Both the position numbers and the translations under genes were made by a program. Of a stretch of DNA of 64,000 bases, positions 29,118 to 38,941 are shown in pieces (position 1 is the first letter of the stretch; every line of letters begins with the position of its first letter). The notes beneath the pieces are model-generated. The model ran no database searches. It worked only from the letters and a program-made list of their open reading frames with translations, and had not been told where the DNA came from. The DNA is from an uncultured Thermotogae bacterium (GTDB lineage Bacteria; Bipolaricaulota; Bipolaricaulia; UBA7950; UBA9294), in contig CAZFZM010000004.1 in NCBI GenBank assembly GCA_964523545.1, positions 395 to 64,394 of the forward strand, given 5' to 3'.

Positions 29118-30305
29118 CTACTTCAGCCGCGGGTCGAGGACGTCGCGGAGGCTGTCGCCGAGGATGTTGAACCCGAAGACGGTGAACACGATGCTCAACC
29201 CGGGGAAGACGGCCATCCACCACGCCGTCCGCATGTACTCCTGCGCCTCCTGCAGCATCGCGCCCCACGACGGGGTCGGCGGGGGGACGCCGTACCCGAG
29301 GAAGCTCAAGCCGGCGACGACGATGATGTTCACCCCGATCGACATCGTGGTGACGACCATCAGCGACGCGATGGAGTTCGGCAGCACGTACTTGAGGATG
29401 ATCCGCCAGGTCGGGACGCCGATCGCCCGTGCGGCGGTGACGTAGTCCTCCTCGCGAACCGAAAGGACCTCGCTTCGGATGATACGTGCCGGCTGAAGGC
29501 CGAAGATCCCGAGGATCAGCATCAGCGAGAGGATCCCGCCCTCTCTCCAGAGGCTCAACACCAAGAGGGCGAGGACCAGGAACGGGATCGAGTTGATCAC
29601 TTCGAGGATCCGCATGATGATCGCGTCGGAGGTGCCGCGGAAGTAGCCGCCGATGAGCCCGAGGAAGCCTCCGAGCAGCATGTTGAGGATCGTCGCCACG
29701 GCGCCGATCCCCAGCGCGACGCGCGAGCCGTAGATGATCCGATCGAGGACGTCGCGGCCGAAGTTGTCGGTTCCGAGGGGATGGTCCGATGTGGGGCGCG
29801 CCTGAAAGTTCCTCAGGTTCATCTGGATGGCGTGCTGAACCGGCTTCACGTACCCCGTCACGCCTTCGAAACTGTGTCCGGACACGAAGAACGGGGCGAA
29901 GATCGCGACGTGCAACACGAGCGCGATGACCAGCAGGCCGACGATCCCCTTCGGATCGCGGGAGAACCGGCTGGTGGCCATCTGCCAGTAGCCGAACACG
30001 TAATGCTTCTCGGCGCGGGCCCGGATCGCTCGGCGCAGGTCGTACAGTGCCAAGAACCAGACGAGCGCCAGGAGGACGAACATCATCACCGTCGAGAACC
30101 AGTAGTCCGATGCGCCTGCGAGCCACGAGAATCGGTGCTTCGCCACACCGAGACCGAGCGTCGCACCGAGCGCCAAGAGCGCGCCGAGGAACAGCACGGC
30201 CTTGCCCCACCAGCCGCGGGCGAGGTGACCCAAGCCGGGGAGAAGGAGCGTCAAGACGATGTCCCTCTTCTGCAGCCTCGCTGTGCCGTTATCACTCTCA
30301 GTCAT
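29118..30305 (-). CDS. peptide/nickel ABC transporter permease (OppC/DppC-like) with N-terminal extension
   Basis: FGRDVLDRIIYGSRVALGIG..., IMRILEVINSIPFLVLALL, and the typical BPD_transp_1 EAA region. Confidence 0.9.
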   Translation of the reverse strand: MTESDNGTARLQKRDIVLTLLLPGLGHLARGWWGKAVLFLGALLALGATLGLGVAKHRFSWLAGASDYWFSTVMMFVLLALVWFLALYDLRRAIRARAEKHYVFGYWQMATSRFSRDPKGIVGLLVIALVLHVAIFAPFFVSGHSFEGVTGYVKPVQHAIQMNLRNFQARPTSDHPLGTDNFGRDVLDRIIYGSRVALGIGAVATILNMLLGGFLGLIGGYFRGTSDAIIMRILEVINSIPFLVLALLVLSLWREGGILSLMLILGIFGLQPARIIRSEVLSVREEDYVTAARAIGVPTWRIILKYVLPNSIASLMVVTTMSIGVNIIVVAGLSFLGYGVPPPTPSWGAMLQEAQEYMRTAWWMAVFPGLSIVFTVFGFNILGDSLRDVLDPRLK

Positions 30306-31272
30306 AGGTGATCCTCGGGTCGATGTACGCGTACAGGAGGTCGACGATCACGTAGGAGATCTGGAAGAAGACGGCGAGGAACAGCGCGAGCCCGAAGACG
30401 ACCGCCTGGTCCATTCGCTGAATCGACTCGATCATCAGTCGTCCGATGCCCGGCCACGCGGTCGTCGTCTCGGTCAGCACCGCGCCGGCGACGAGCGTTC
30501 CGATTTGCAGACCGACGTTGGTGACCACCGGCGCGAGCGCGTTTCGGAATGCGTGCTTGATCAGAACGACCCGCTCCTTCAGCCCCTTGGCGCGGGCCGT
30601 GGTGACGTACTCCTGGCGGAGCACTTCGAGCATGCTCGCCCGCGTGAGGCGGGCGTTCATCGCCATCAACACCGAAGACAGCGCGACGCTGGGGATAATC
30701 AGGTGACGGAACCCGTCCCAGGTGACGAACGAGAGCCTGAAATTCTCCCACCCGAACAGCGTCACCGTGGCGCCGCGACCGGAGACCGGGAGGATCTTGA
30801 GGATGACGCCGAAGATCAGCATCAGCATCAGCGCGAACCAGAAGACCGGGATCGAAATCCCCACCAGCGCGACCGTCGTCACCGAGTAGTCGAGCAAAGA
30901 GTTCCGGTAGATCGCCGATAACAACCCCGCTGGGATGGAGACCACCAGCGCGATGATCAACCCGAAGACGCCGAGCTCCACGGTCGCGGGAAGACGCGAG
31001 AAGATGACGCTCCAGACCGATCTGTGATACGTCATCGCTTCGAGGTTGCCGTTGAACAGACCGCTGATGAAGCGCCAATACTGCACCGGCCACGGACGGT
31101 TCAGCCCAAGCTCCTCGCGGATCCCCTGGATCGTTTCGAGCTCCGCCCCGAGTCCGGCCATGACGGCCGCGGGATCGCCGGGCATCAGCTTGAGGAGCAA
31201 GAAGATCAGGACCGTGAGGGCGAAGAGCGTGAACACCACCTGGATGAGCCGTCTTATCGTATAACCGATCAT
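30298..31272 (-). CDS. peptide/nickel ABC transporter permease (OppB/DppB-like)
   Basis: MIGYTIRRLIQVVFTLFALTVLIFLLLKLMPGDP is the classic N-terminus. 324 aa. Overlaps the downstream permease by 8 nt. Confidence 0.92.
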   Translation of the reverse strand: MIGYTIRRLIQVVFTLFALTVLIFLLLKLMPGDPAAVMAGLGAELETIQGIREELGLNRPWPVQYWRFISGLFNGNLEAMTYHRSVWSVIFSRLPATVELGVFGLIIALVVSIPAGLLSAIYRNSLLDYSVTTVALVGISIPVFWFALMLMLIFGVILKILPVSGRGATVTLFGWENFRLSFVTWDGFRHLIIPSVALSSVLMAMNARLTRASMLEVLRQEYVTTARAKGLKERVVLIKHAFRNALAPVVTNVGLQIGTLVAGAVLTETTTAWPGIGRLMIESIQRMDQAVVFGLALFLAVFFQISYVIVDLLYAYIDPRITYD

Positions 31273-31385
31273 AGAGAGTCCCCAGACTTCCTCTCTTGAA
31301 AGACCTGGGCTGCCAGTCGCTCGACCGACAGCCCAGGCTGTCTTGTTTTGCCTAGACTAGGCTAGAGCGATGTACTTTATCGCTT

Positions 31386-32996
31386 CTAGCCGCCGAGGAT
31401 CCAGACGTTGTGGTACGGCGTGCACATCCAGTGGTTGGACAGCGGGCTGATCTGGAAGCCCTGAACCCGCGCGCGCACCCCGCGGGTCTCCACGTAGTGG
31501 TACCCCGGGACGGCAGCGTAGTCCTGGTACACAATCCGCTGCGCCTCCACGTACTTTTGCTCTCGGACGGCCTGGTCCAACGTCGTGTCCGCCTCGTCGA
31601 TCAGCTGATCGACGACCGGGTTCGAGTAGAACGACATGTTGTCGGCCGAGCCGACCGTCGCGTTCGCCGAGTGGAACATGTAGAAGATGAAGTCGTGCGG
31701 ATCCGGTCCACCGCTCCAACCCATCCACATCATCTCGAAGTCACCGACAGGGTCGGACTCCGAGCGATAGGCGAGATCGAGGAGCGGCCCCCAGTCGAGA
31801 GGGATGACCTCGGCGTCCACGCCGTTCTCGATCAGGCTCGTCGCCATGATCGTCGCCAGCTGTCGCCGACGCGGGTCGAGCGGCGTGTGGATCCGGACGG
31901 TGTAGCCCTCGGGGAGAATGCCCTCGTCCCTCAGCTCGGCGAACAGGCGCTGCGCCTCTTCGTCGTCCTCATTGAGGTAGACGTTCTCCTTCAGCCATTC
32001 CTGGTCGTTCGCCCAAAGCGCCGGCGGGATACAACCGTACGCCTTGACGCCGGTCAGGTTCTGGAAGATCGAGAACACCGCGTCTTCCATCTCGACCGAC
32101 AAGTAGCAGGCCTTGCGGAACCGGATGTCCGAGGAGATCGGGCTGTTCAGGTTGAAGTACAGGTGGAAGTACGAAAGGCTTCCGACCTGCTGGACGGTAA
32201 CGTCGTCCATCGCCATGAACCGCGGTACGTCGGCGGCCGGCATGTTGTCGGCGATGTCGATTCCGCCGGACTCCAGCTCGAGCATCATGACCGAGAGCTC
32301 GGGGATCGGGCGGTACGTGATCGTGTCGAGGTTCGGGTAGACCAGCCAGTAGTCTTCGTTTCGCTCGACCTTGATGTGGTCGCCGGGCAGCCACTCGACG
32401 AACTTGTACGGTCCACTGCCGACCGGGTTCAGGTTGAACTCCTCGTCGCCCACTTCCAGGACCGTGTCCATCGGGACGATCGCCTGGGTCTCGTTGCCGA
32501 ATCCCGGGGCGAACGGTGCGTACTCCGGCTTGGTGAAGATGTCGACCGTGTAATCGTCGACGACCACCGCCTCTTCCATCCAGATCAACTCGGTCATGTT
32601 CGGCGAGTTGTTCGCCTCGTCGGCGATCCAGTTGAACGTGAACGCCACGTCCTCGGCGGTCAGGGCCTCCCCATTGTGGAACGTGATCCCCTCGTTCAGG
32701 TAGAAGCGGACCTGCGAGTCGCTGAGGATGTCCCAGGACTTCGCGATCCACGGCGAGGGCGCCAGCGTGTCCGGATGGAGGATGATCAGCCCGTCGTACA
32801 CGACGTTGAGCACGTACGCGTCGTAGGCCGAGTTCGCGATTCGCGGGTCCATGTCCTTGAACGTCTGGCTGACGCCGATGACGAGATCGCCACCCGGGGT
32901 CGCGCCGGGCGTCTCAGGGACGGCGGTCTGCGCGACCGCGAGAGACCCGAATACCAACAATCCAAGAGCCAAGAACAGACTGACTCGTTTTGTCAT
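31386..32996 (-). CDS. ABC transporter substrate-binding protein, family 5 (peptide/nickel)
   Basis: Signal peptide, then 536 aa with typical SBP_bac_5 segments (..VRFYLNEGITFHNGEALTAEDV.., ..GSGPYKFVEW..GD..). Confidence 0.92.
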   Translation of the reverse strand: MTKRVSLFLALGLLVFGSLAVAQTAVPETPGATPGGDLVIGVSQTFKDMDPRIANSAYDAYVLNVVYDGLIILHPDTLAPSPWIAKSWDILSDSQVRFYLNEGITFHNGEALTAEDVAFTFNWIADEANNSPNMTELIWMEEAVVVDDYTVDIFTKPEYAPFAPGFGNETQAIVPMDTVLEVGDEEFNLNPVGSGPYKFVEWLPGDHIKVERNEDYWLVYPNLDTITYRPIPELSVMMLELESGGIDIADNMPAADVPRFMAMDDVTVQQVGSLSYFHLYFNLNSPISSDIRFRKACYLSVEMEDAVFSIFQNLTGVKAYGCIPPALWANDQEWLKENVYLNEDDEEAQRLFAELRDEGILPEGYTVRIHTPLDPRRRQLATIMATSLIENGVDAEVIPLDWGPLLDLAYRSESDPVGDFEMMWMGWSGGPDPHDFIFYMFHSANATVGSADNMSFYSNPVVDQLIDEADTTLDQAVREQKYVEAQRIVYQDYAAVPGYHYVETRGVRARVQGFQISPLSNHWMCTPYHNVWILGG

Positions 32997-33077
32997 CGAT
33001 ACCCCTCCTTGGAGCTAGGTAATCGAAGCTCGTACGGCTTCAACGGCTTCGTCCTGCATGCGAGAAGTCGTTGGTCG

Positions 33078-33413
33078 CTAGTCGAACCAGAAGGCCGCTG
33101 TTACGGTCGCCCCCGCGTAATCGGGCGGGAGAACCAGCTGCAACGTTCCGCCCTTCACGACAGCCACGTCGATGAAGGCGTAGTTCTCCGTGATCGCGAT
33201 CACCGTCGGCACTCCGCCGCCTAATACGACGATGTTCGACGCATCGAACATCACGGGTATGTCGAAGATGATCGCCAGCTTCGTGGCATCGGCGCCCGTC
33301 GCGTTGTCGAACAACAGGACGTTGTAGACACGGGGTGTAACGGTTTCTACTGCTGCCGCAACGACACTCGTCAGCAGCACGAGACCCAGCAGGACCACTA
33401 GAATTCTTTTCAC
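33078..33413 (-). CDS. small secreted protein, unknown function
   Basis: GTG 33413 is preceded by CAAGGAGGCGAGGCA. Signal peptide VKRILVVLLGLVLLTSVVAAA, then a beta-rich domain of about 85 aa. Confidence 0.5.
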   Translation of the reverse strand: MKRILVVLLGLVLLTSVVAAAVETVTPRVYNVLLFDNATGADATKLAIIFDIPVMFDASNIVVLGGGVPTVIAITENYAFIDVAVVKGGTLQLVLPPDYAGATVTAAFWFD

Positions 33414-33896
33414 TGCCTCGCCTCCTTGATACCGAGATCGAGGGGATGCCTTTCGCTGGGTATCCCCAGACCCGACTGCTTGACCCACTCAGTCGACGCC
33501 GACTGAGCAAGCCAACCCGGCAACCTGAACCTAGTGAATTGGCGCGTTCAGTATACCGATCGAGCCGGGGAGAAGTCAATGTGGGCGAGCGGAGGCAAGC
33601 CGTTGCCGACGCACCGTTAGAGTACATCCATGGCAAGCCCCGGTGCGCGCATCGCTGGATTCGGCGATGCCCGGATCGTCTGGTTGACACGGTCTTCCTG
33701 GAGTACCATGGGCGCGCGCCGCGGACAGGCAGGTTTCAGCCTGACGTGTGCCTGTTTGAGAAGATGGGCGCAAGGAGGGTGTGTTGGTCATGGTGCGGTA
33801 CCTGGCGGGTCTGTCGTGTCCCCAAACCGATGCGGTTTCCGAGCATCGATCGATCGTTATCATGTCCAGCAGGCGGGGTGCATGGGGTGAGGAAGC

Positions 33897-35069
33897 GTGA
33901 CCGACGTTCGAATCGGTTCGGAGACGAAGGGGGACTGCGTCGTCGAAATCCTCGCCCGGGGCAGCGGGATCGAGATCAAGACGAAGAACGCCGAGCTGCT
34001 GGCCGACGGAATTCGAGAGGTCGCCCAGGAGGTGCTGTCGGAAGTTGCGTCCGATGGCGTTGCGATCCGCGTGGCCGATTTCGGGGCGCTCGATTACGTA
34101 GTTGAGGCGCGGGTCGAAGCGGTGGTCCGGACGGCCGATCCGGAAGGGACGAAACCTCTCGCGCCGACGGTCGAACGGAAGGCCTCCGAGCGGGATCGCC
34201 CGCGTCGAAGCCGCCTGTACACGCCGGGGAATCAACCGCGTCTTCTCGTCGGGATCGAGCTGCACGGGGCCGACTGCGTTCTCGTTGACCTGGAGGACTC
34301 GGTCCCGCCCTCCGAGAAGCCGGCGGCGCGAATCCTCGTCAAGCATCTTCTCGCGGCCGTCCCGTTTCACGACGAGGTCTGGGTGCGGATCAACCCGCTC
34401 GACGCCGGCGGTCGGGAGGACGTCGAGGAAGTCCTGATCGGGCGGCCGCACGGGATCTGCCTCCCGAAGGCGGAGACCGCGAGTGACGTTCAAGAGCTGA
34501 GCGAGCTGCTCGCCCGGGTCGAGGCCGAGCGAGGCTTCGAGGAAGGATCGACGTGGATCATGCCGATCCTGGAGACGGGGAGAGGCGTCCTCCACGCCGA
34601 GGAGATCGCCGGCGCCGATCCGCGCGTCGTGATGCTCGCCTTCGGCGCCGAGGACTACACGCGGGACGTCGGCGCGCTGCGGAGCCGGCCGTCACTGTTG
34701 TTCGCGCGATCGGCGATCGTCGCCGCGGCCGCCGCGGCCGGTATCCAGGCCTCGGACACCGTGTTCGGCGACGTCGATGACGAGGAGGGGCTAAAGGAAG
34801 AGGCCAAGCTCGCGCGCGAGCTCGGGTTCGACGGAAAGGGCGCGATCAACCCGCGGCAACTGCCTACGATCCATGCGGCGTTCTCGCCGACCGAAGCCGA
34901 ACTCGAGCGTGCGCGTGCGATCGTCGATGCGGCACGAGAGGCCGAGGAGAAGGGGCTCGGGGTCGTGGCGCTCGAAGGGAAGATGATCGACCGGCCGGTC
35001 CTCGATCGGGCGATCCGGTTGATCCGGTACGCCGGCCGGCTGACGGGTGGAGGAGGGCGAGATGCGTAA
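33897..35069 (+). CDS. citE: citrate lyase gamma (acyl carrier, CitD-like) fused to beta subunit (CitE, citryl-CoA lyase)
   Basis: The N-terminal ~80 aa end in VADFGALDYVVEARVEAVVRTA, the CitD C-terminal signature (KGALD..RAR). The rest is the HpcH/CitE fold: RSRLYTPGNQPR...DLEDSV...AFGAEDYT...INPRQL. Confidence 0.85.
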   Translation: MTDVRIGSETKGDCVVEILARGSGIEIKTKNAELLADGIREVAQEVLSEVASDGVAIRVADFGALDYVVEARVEAVVRTADPEGTKPLAPTVERKASERDRPRRSRLYTPGNQPRLLVGIELHGADCVLVDLEDSVPPSEKPAARILVKHLLAAVPFHDEVWVRINPLDAGGREDVEEVLIGRPHGICLPKAETASDVQELSELLARVEAERGFEEGSTWIMPILETGRGVLHAEEIAGADPRVVMLAFGAEDYTRDVGALRSRPSLLFARSAIVAAAAAAGIQASDTVFGDVDDEEGLKEEAKLARELGFDGKGAINPRQLPTIHAAFSPTEAELERARAIVDAAREAEEKGLGVVALEGKMIDRPVLDRAIRLIRYAGRLTGGGGRDA

Positions 35070-36606
35070 CGCGGTCGATCGAGAGATCCCCGATCGGATC
35101 GGAAGCCGCGAGATCCGACCGTACGAGGGCGCGTTCGCCACGGCGCAGGAAGGCGTCAAGGTCGCCCGCCCGCAGAAGTCGGCGCCGCGGTACGAAGACA
35201 AGGTCCTTCCGTCGATCGAAGCGGCGATCGAGGCGTGCGGTCTGTCGGACGGGATGACGATCTCGTTTCACCACTCGTTCCGCGACGGGGATCGCGTCGT
35301 CAATCGGGTTCTCGACGCCTGCGCGAGAGCGGGGCTCAAGGATCTAAGGATCTTCCCGACCGCGCTTTTCCCGGTGCACGAGCCGGTGATCGAGCACGTC
35401 CGCTCCGGCGTCGTGTCCCGGATCGAGGGCTCGATGAACGGGCCGGTCGGCGCGTTCGTCAGCCAGGGAGGAAAGCTCGCCGAGCCGGCGGTCCTCCGCT
35501 CGCACGGTGCTCGCTGGCGGGCGGTCGAGGCCGGAGACGTCGAGATCGACGTGGCGTTCATCGCGGCGCCGCAGGCCGACCCGTACGGGAACGCCACCGG
35601 TATCCGCGGTGTGACCCCGTGCGGCCCGATCGGCTTCTCCGCCGTCGACGCGCAGTACGCCCGTCGCACGGTCGTGATCACGAACGATCTGCAGCCGTAC
35701 CCGGTCCATCCGATGGAGATCCAGCACGGCTGGACCGACTGGGTCGTCGAAATCGATGAGATCGGAGACCCGGAGAACATCGTCTCGGGAACCCTTCAGC
35801 TGACGCGGTCGCCGACCAACCTGCGGATCGCACGCCTGACGGCCGAGGCCGTTGTCGCCTCCGGCGTGTTCGCCGACGGGTTCGGCTTTCAGGGCGGCGC
35901 AGGCGGGATCTCCCTCGCGGTGACGAAGTACCTCGGCGACGAGATGGAGAAGGCGGGGATCTCGGCCGGCTTCGCGATCGGAGGCGGGACCAAGCTCCTG
36001 ATCGACCTGCTGCACCGGGGCCTCGTTCGCACGATCCTCGAGGGGCAAGCGTTCGATCTCGATGCGATCGCGTCGCTTCGCGAGGATCCGGGGCACGTGA
36101 TGATCGATCCGGGGTTCTACGCAAACTACGACTCGCGCGGCTGCGCGACGTACAAGCTGAACGTCGCGTTCCTCGGAGCGACCGAAGTCGACCTCGACTT
36201 CAACGTGAACGTGAACACCCACTCGGACGGGCAGCTGCTGCACGGGATCGGCGGGCACCAGGACGTCGCCGCCGGTGCGGGGATCACGATGATCACCGTT
36301 CCCTCGATCCGAGGGCGACTGCCGATGATCCTCGACCGCGTCACCACGGTGACGACGCCGGGCGAAGTGGTCGACGTGGTCGTGACCGAGCGGGGGATCG
36401 CGGTCAATCCGAGACGGGAGGAGCTGGCGGAGCGATTTGCCGCGGCGGGACTGCCGGTGCGGACGCTCGAGGAGATTCGGGAGGAAGTCGGGCGGCTCGT
36501 GCGGCCGGCGCGAAAACCGGTGTTCGACGACGAGATCGTCGCCGCGATCGAGTGGCGAGACGGGACCATCATCGACGTCGTACGAAAGGTGGAAGGATGG
36601 GCGTGA
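35062..36606 (+). CDS. citF: citrate lyase alpha subunit (citrate CoA-transferase)
   Basis: ISFHHSFRDGDRVVN and a ~510 aa length are typical of CitF. GGAGGAGGG lies 4 nt before ATG 35062. Overlaps the citE stop. Confidence 0.9.
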   Translation: MRNAVDREIPDRIGSREIRPYEGAFATAQEGVKVARPQKSAPRYEDKVLPSIEAAIEACGLSDGMTISFHHSFRDGDRVVNRVLDACARAGLKDLRIFPTALFPVHEPVIEHVRSGVVSRIEGSMNGPVGAFVSQGGKLAEPAVLRSHGARWRAVEAGDVEIDVAFIAAPQADPYGNATGIRGVTPCGPIGFSAVDAQYARRTVVITNDLQPYPVHPMEIQHGWTDWVVEIDEIGDPENIVSGTLQLTRSPTNLRIARLTAEAVVASGVFADGFGFQGGAGGISLAVTKYLGDEMEKAGISAGFAIGGGTKLLIDLLHRGLVRTILEGQAFDLDAIASLREDPGHVMIDPGFYANYDSRGCATYKLNVAFLGATEVDLDFNVNVNTHSDGQLLHGIGGHQDVAAGAGITMITVPSIRGRLPMILDRVTTVTTPGEVVDVVVTERGIAVNPRREELAERFAAAGLPVRTLEEIREEVGRLVRPARKPVFDDEIVAAIEWRDGTIIDVVRKVEGWA

Positions 36607-37136
36607 GAGAAAAGCTGCTGGGGATCCTGCCGGAGATCGAGTGGATCGGGGACGCCGACCTGCGCGAGAAGGTCATCGCGACGTGGATCGACGGGCTCGA
36701 GCGGGGCGGTTGGAGGCCGGAAGACGTGGACCGGATGCCGTTCACGTTGGCGAAGAAGGTGACCTCCAGCTTCGCCAAGCACGTGCGGAGCGTGACGAAG
36801 ATCTGCGCGTTCGTGGCGGACACGTTCGACGAGATCTACGGCGGCGTCGACCTGAAGCTCGAAAAGGACCTGCTTTTGGCCGGCGCGCTGCTGCACGACG
36901 TCGGCAAGCTCGTCGAGATGGAGGAGGTCGACGGAACGTTCCGAAAGAGCGCCGACGGGAAGCTCGTCCGCCACGCGTTCTCCGGCGTCGCCCTCGCCGA
37001 CGCGCACGGCCTTCCCGCCGAGGTGCAGCACATGATCGGGACCCACTCGAAGGAGGGCGACCCGTTCAAGCGGACGCCCGAGTCGGTCGTTCTCCACCTG
37101 GCCGACTTCATGAACTTTGACCCGATCGAGGGGTGA
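36597..37136 (+). CDS. HD-domain protein
   Basis: LLAGALLHDVGKLVE...IGTHSKEG. ATG 36597 overlaps the citF stop. Confidence 0.75.
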   Translation: MGVREKLLGILPEIEWIGDADLREKVIATWIDGLERGGWRPEDVDRMPFTLAKKVTSSFAKHVRSVTKICAFVADTFDEIYGGVDLKLEKDLLLAGALLHDVGKLVEMEEVDGTFRKSADGKLVRHAFSGVALADAHGLPAEVQHMIGTHSKEGDPFKRTPESVVLHLADFMNFDPIEG

Positions 37137-37142
37137 TCGACG

Positions 37143-38399
37143 ATGGGTCAGACGTTCGCTCAGAAGGTATTGGCCGGCAAGGCCGGGCTCGATCGCGTCG
37201 AGGTCGGCCAGATCGTCGAGATCGAGCCGGACGCGTGCCTGTCGCACGACAACACCGCGGCGATCGCCAAGATCTTCGCCAAGATCGGCGTCGAGCGAGT
37301 GAAGGACCCGGACAAGTTTGTCGTCGTCCTCGACCACACCGTTCCCGCGTCGGAGGAGAAGTACGCCCAGAACCACAAGGAGATCCGGGAGTTCGTCGCG
37401 AGAAACGGCATCAAACGGTTCTACGACGTCGGCGTCGGGATCTGTCACCAGGTCCTCCCGGAGAAGGGGTTCGCCCTTCCGGGGCGATTGATCCTCGGTT
37501 CGGACTCTCACACGACCACCTACGGTGCGTTCGGCGCGTTCTCCGCCGGGATCGGGCGGTCGGAGATGGCCGTCCTGTTCGCGACGTCGAAGATCTGGCT
37601 GAAGACTCCGGCGAGCTTCAAGATGGTCGTGAGGGGGCGGCTCGCCGAACCGGTGACGGCGAAGGACCTCATCCTGCACGTCATCGGCTCGATCGGAGCC
37701 GACGGCGCGTTGTACAAGTCGGTCGAATACACCGGCGAGGCGATCGAAGCGATGAGCCTCGGATCGCGGATGGTCCTGTGCAACATGGCGATCGAGATGG
37801 GCGCGAAGAACGGGTACTGCGCCCCGGATGACAAGACCTACGCATTCCTGGAGGACCGGGCCGAAACGGAGTACACGCCCGTCTTCCCGGACGGCGACGC
37901 GGAGTACGAACGGATTCTCGAGTTCGACGCCTCGTCGCTCGAGCCGCAGGTCGCGGTGCCGCACACGGTCGACAACGTCTCCCCAGTCGGAGACGTCGCC
38001 GGGACGCCGATTCACCAGGGTCTTCTCGGGACGTGCACCAACGGGCGGATCGAGGACCTCCGGCTGGCGGCAAAGATCCTCGAAGGTCGGAAGGTCGCTG
38101 CGGGCGTCCGGCTCCTCGTGTTGCCCGCGTCGCAGGAGATCCTGATCGAGGCGCTGCGCGAGGGCCTGATCGACGTGTTCGTCAAGGCGGGCGCTCTGCT
38201 TCTCAACCCCGGCTGCGGTCCGTGCCTCGGGGCGCACCAGGGCGTGCTCGCTCCGGGCGAGACGTGCATCTCGACGGCGAACCGGAACTTCAAGGGGCGA
38301 ATGGGATCGGCCGAAGCGGAGACGTACCTCGCGTCGCCGGCGACCGTCGCCGCTTCCGTGGTGACCGGCGTGATCACCGACCCGCGGGAGTTCTTCTAG
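37143..38399 (+). CDS. leuC: aconitase-family dehydratase large subunit (LeuC/HacA type, 418 aa)
   Basis: MGQTFAQKVLA...CLSHDNT...VLDHTVP...GICHQVLPE...GSDSHTTTYGAFGAF...CNMAIE...GTCTNGR...PGCGPCLG. Confidence 0.92.
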   Translation: MGQTFAQKVLAGKAGLDRVEVGQIVEIEPDACLSHDNTAAIAKIFAKIGVERVKDPDKFVVVLDHTVPASEEKYAQNHKEIREFVARNGIKRFYDVGVGICHQVLPEKGFALPGRLILGSDSHTTTYGAFGAFSAGIGRSEMAVLFATSKIWLKTPASFKMVVRGRLAEPVTAKDLILHVIGSIGADGALYKSVEYTGEAIEAMSLGSRMVLCNMAIEMGAKNGYCAPDDKTYAFLEDRAETEYTPVFPDGDAEYERILEFDASSLEPQVAVPHTVDNVSPVGDVAGTPIHQGLLGTCTNGRIEDLRLAAKILEGRKVAAGVRLLVLPASQEILIEALREGLIDVFVKAGALLLNPGCGPCLGAHQGVLAPGETCISTANRNFKGRMGSAEAETYLASPATVAASVVTGVITDPREFF

Positions 38400-38414
38400 G
38401 GGGTAGGGGGAGCG

Positions 38415-38903
38415 ATGAGCGAAGGACGAGTCTGGAAGTACGGCGACGACGTGAACACCGACGTGATCTTCCCCGGGAAGTACACGTACCAGCCGATGGA
38501 GCCGGAGGAGATGGCGGAGCACGCGATGGAGGACCTCGATCCCGACTTCGCGAAGAACGTGCGGCCGGGGGACGTCATCGTGGCCGGCAAGAACTTCGGC
38601 TGCGGCTCGTCGCGCGAGCAGGCGGCGACGTGCCTGAAGGCGGCCGGCGTCGCGGCAGTCGTCGCCGAGTCGTTCTCGCGGATCTTCTTCCGCAACGCGA
38701 TCAACAACGGCCTCCCGGTGATCGAGCTGGCCAGCGGAACCGGCACGATCGAGAAGGGCGACGCGGTCGAAGTCGACTTCGAGCACGGCGTTGTGATTCA
38801 CAACGCCGCAGAGCACCGCTTCCCGCCGCTTCCTCCAGAGGTTCTCGCCATCCTCGAGGACGGGGGCCTCATCCCGCACGTGAAGAAGACGCTTGCCGCA
38901 TAG
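38415..38903 (+). CDS. leuD: aconitase-family dehydratase small subunit (LeuD/HacB type)
   Basis: VWKYGDDVNTDVIFPGKY...GKNFGCGSSREQAA.CLKAAG...AESFSRIFFRNAINNGLP. Confidence 0.9.
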   Translation: MSEGRVWKYGDDVNTDVIFPGKYTYQPMEPEEMAEHAMEDLDPDFAKNVRPGDVIVAGKNFGCGSSREQAATCLKAAGVAAVVAESFSRIFFRNAINNGLPVIELASGTGTIEKGDAVEVDFEHGVVIHNAAEHRFPPLPPEVLAILEDGGLIPHVKKTLAA

Positions 38904-38941
38904 CTTGTGAAGTACAGCAGCGACAGCCTCCCGTATCTCCG

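Noticed and set aside
38033-38941. N-terminal 303-codon extension of ORF 38033-39532
   Set aside because: It overlaps leuC and leuD in another frame and is Arg/Gly-rich. The nucleotidyltransferase-like protein begins at ATG 38942.
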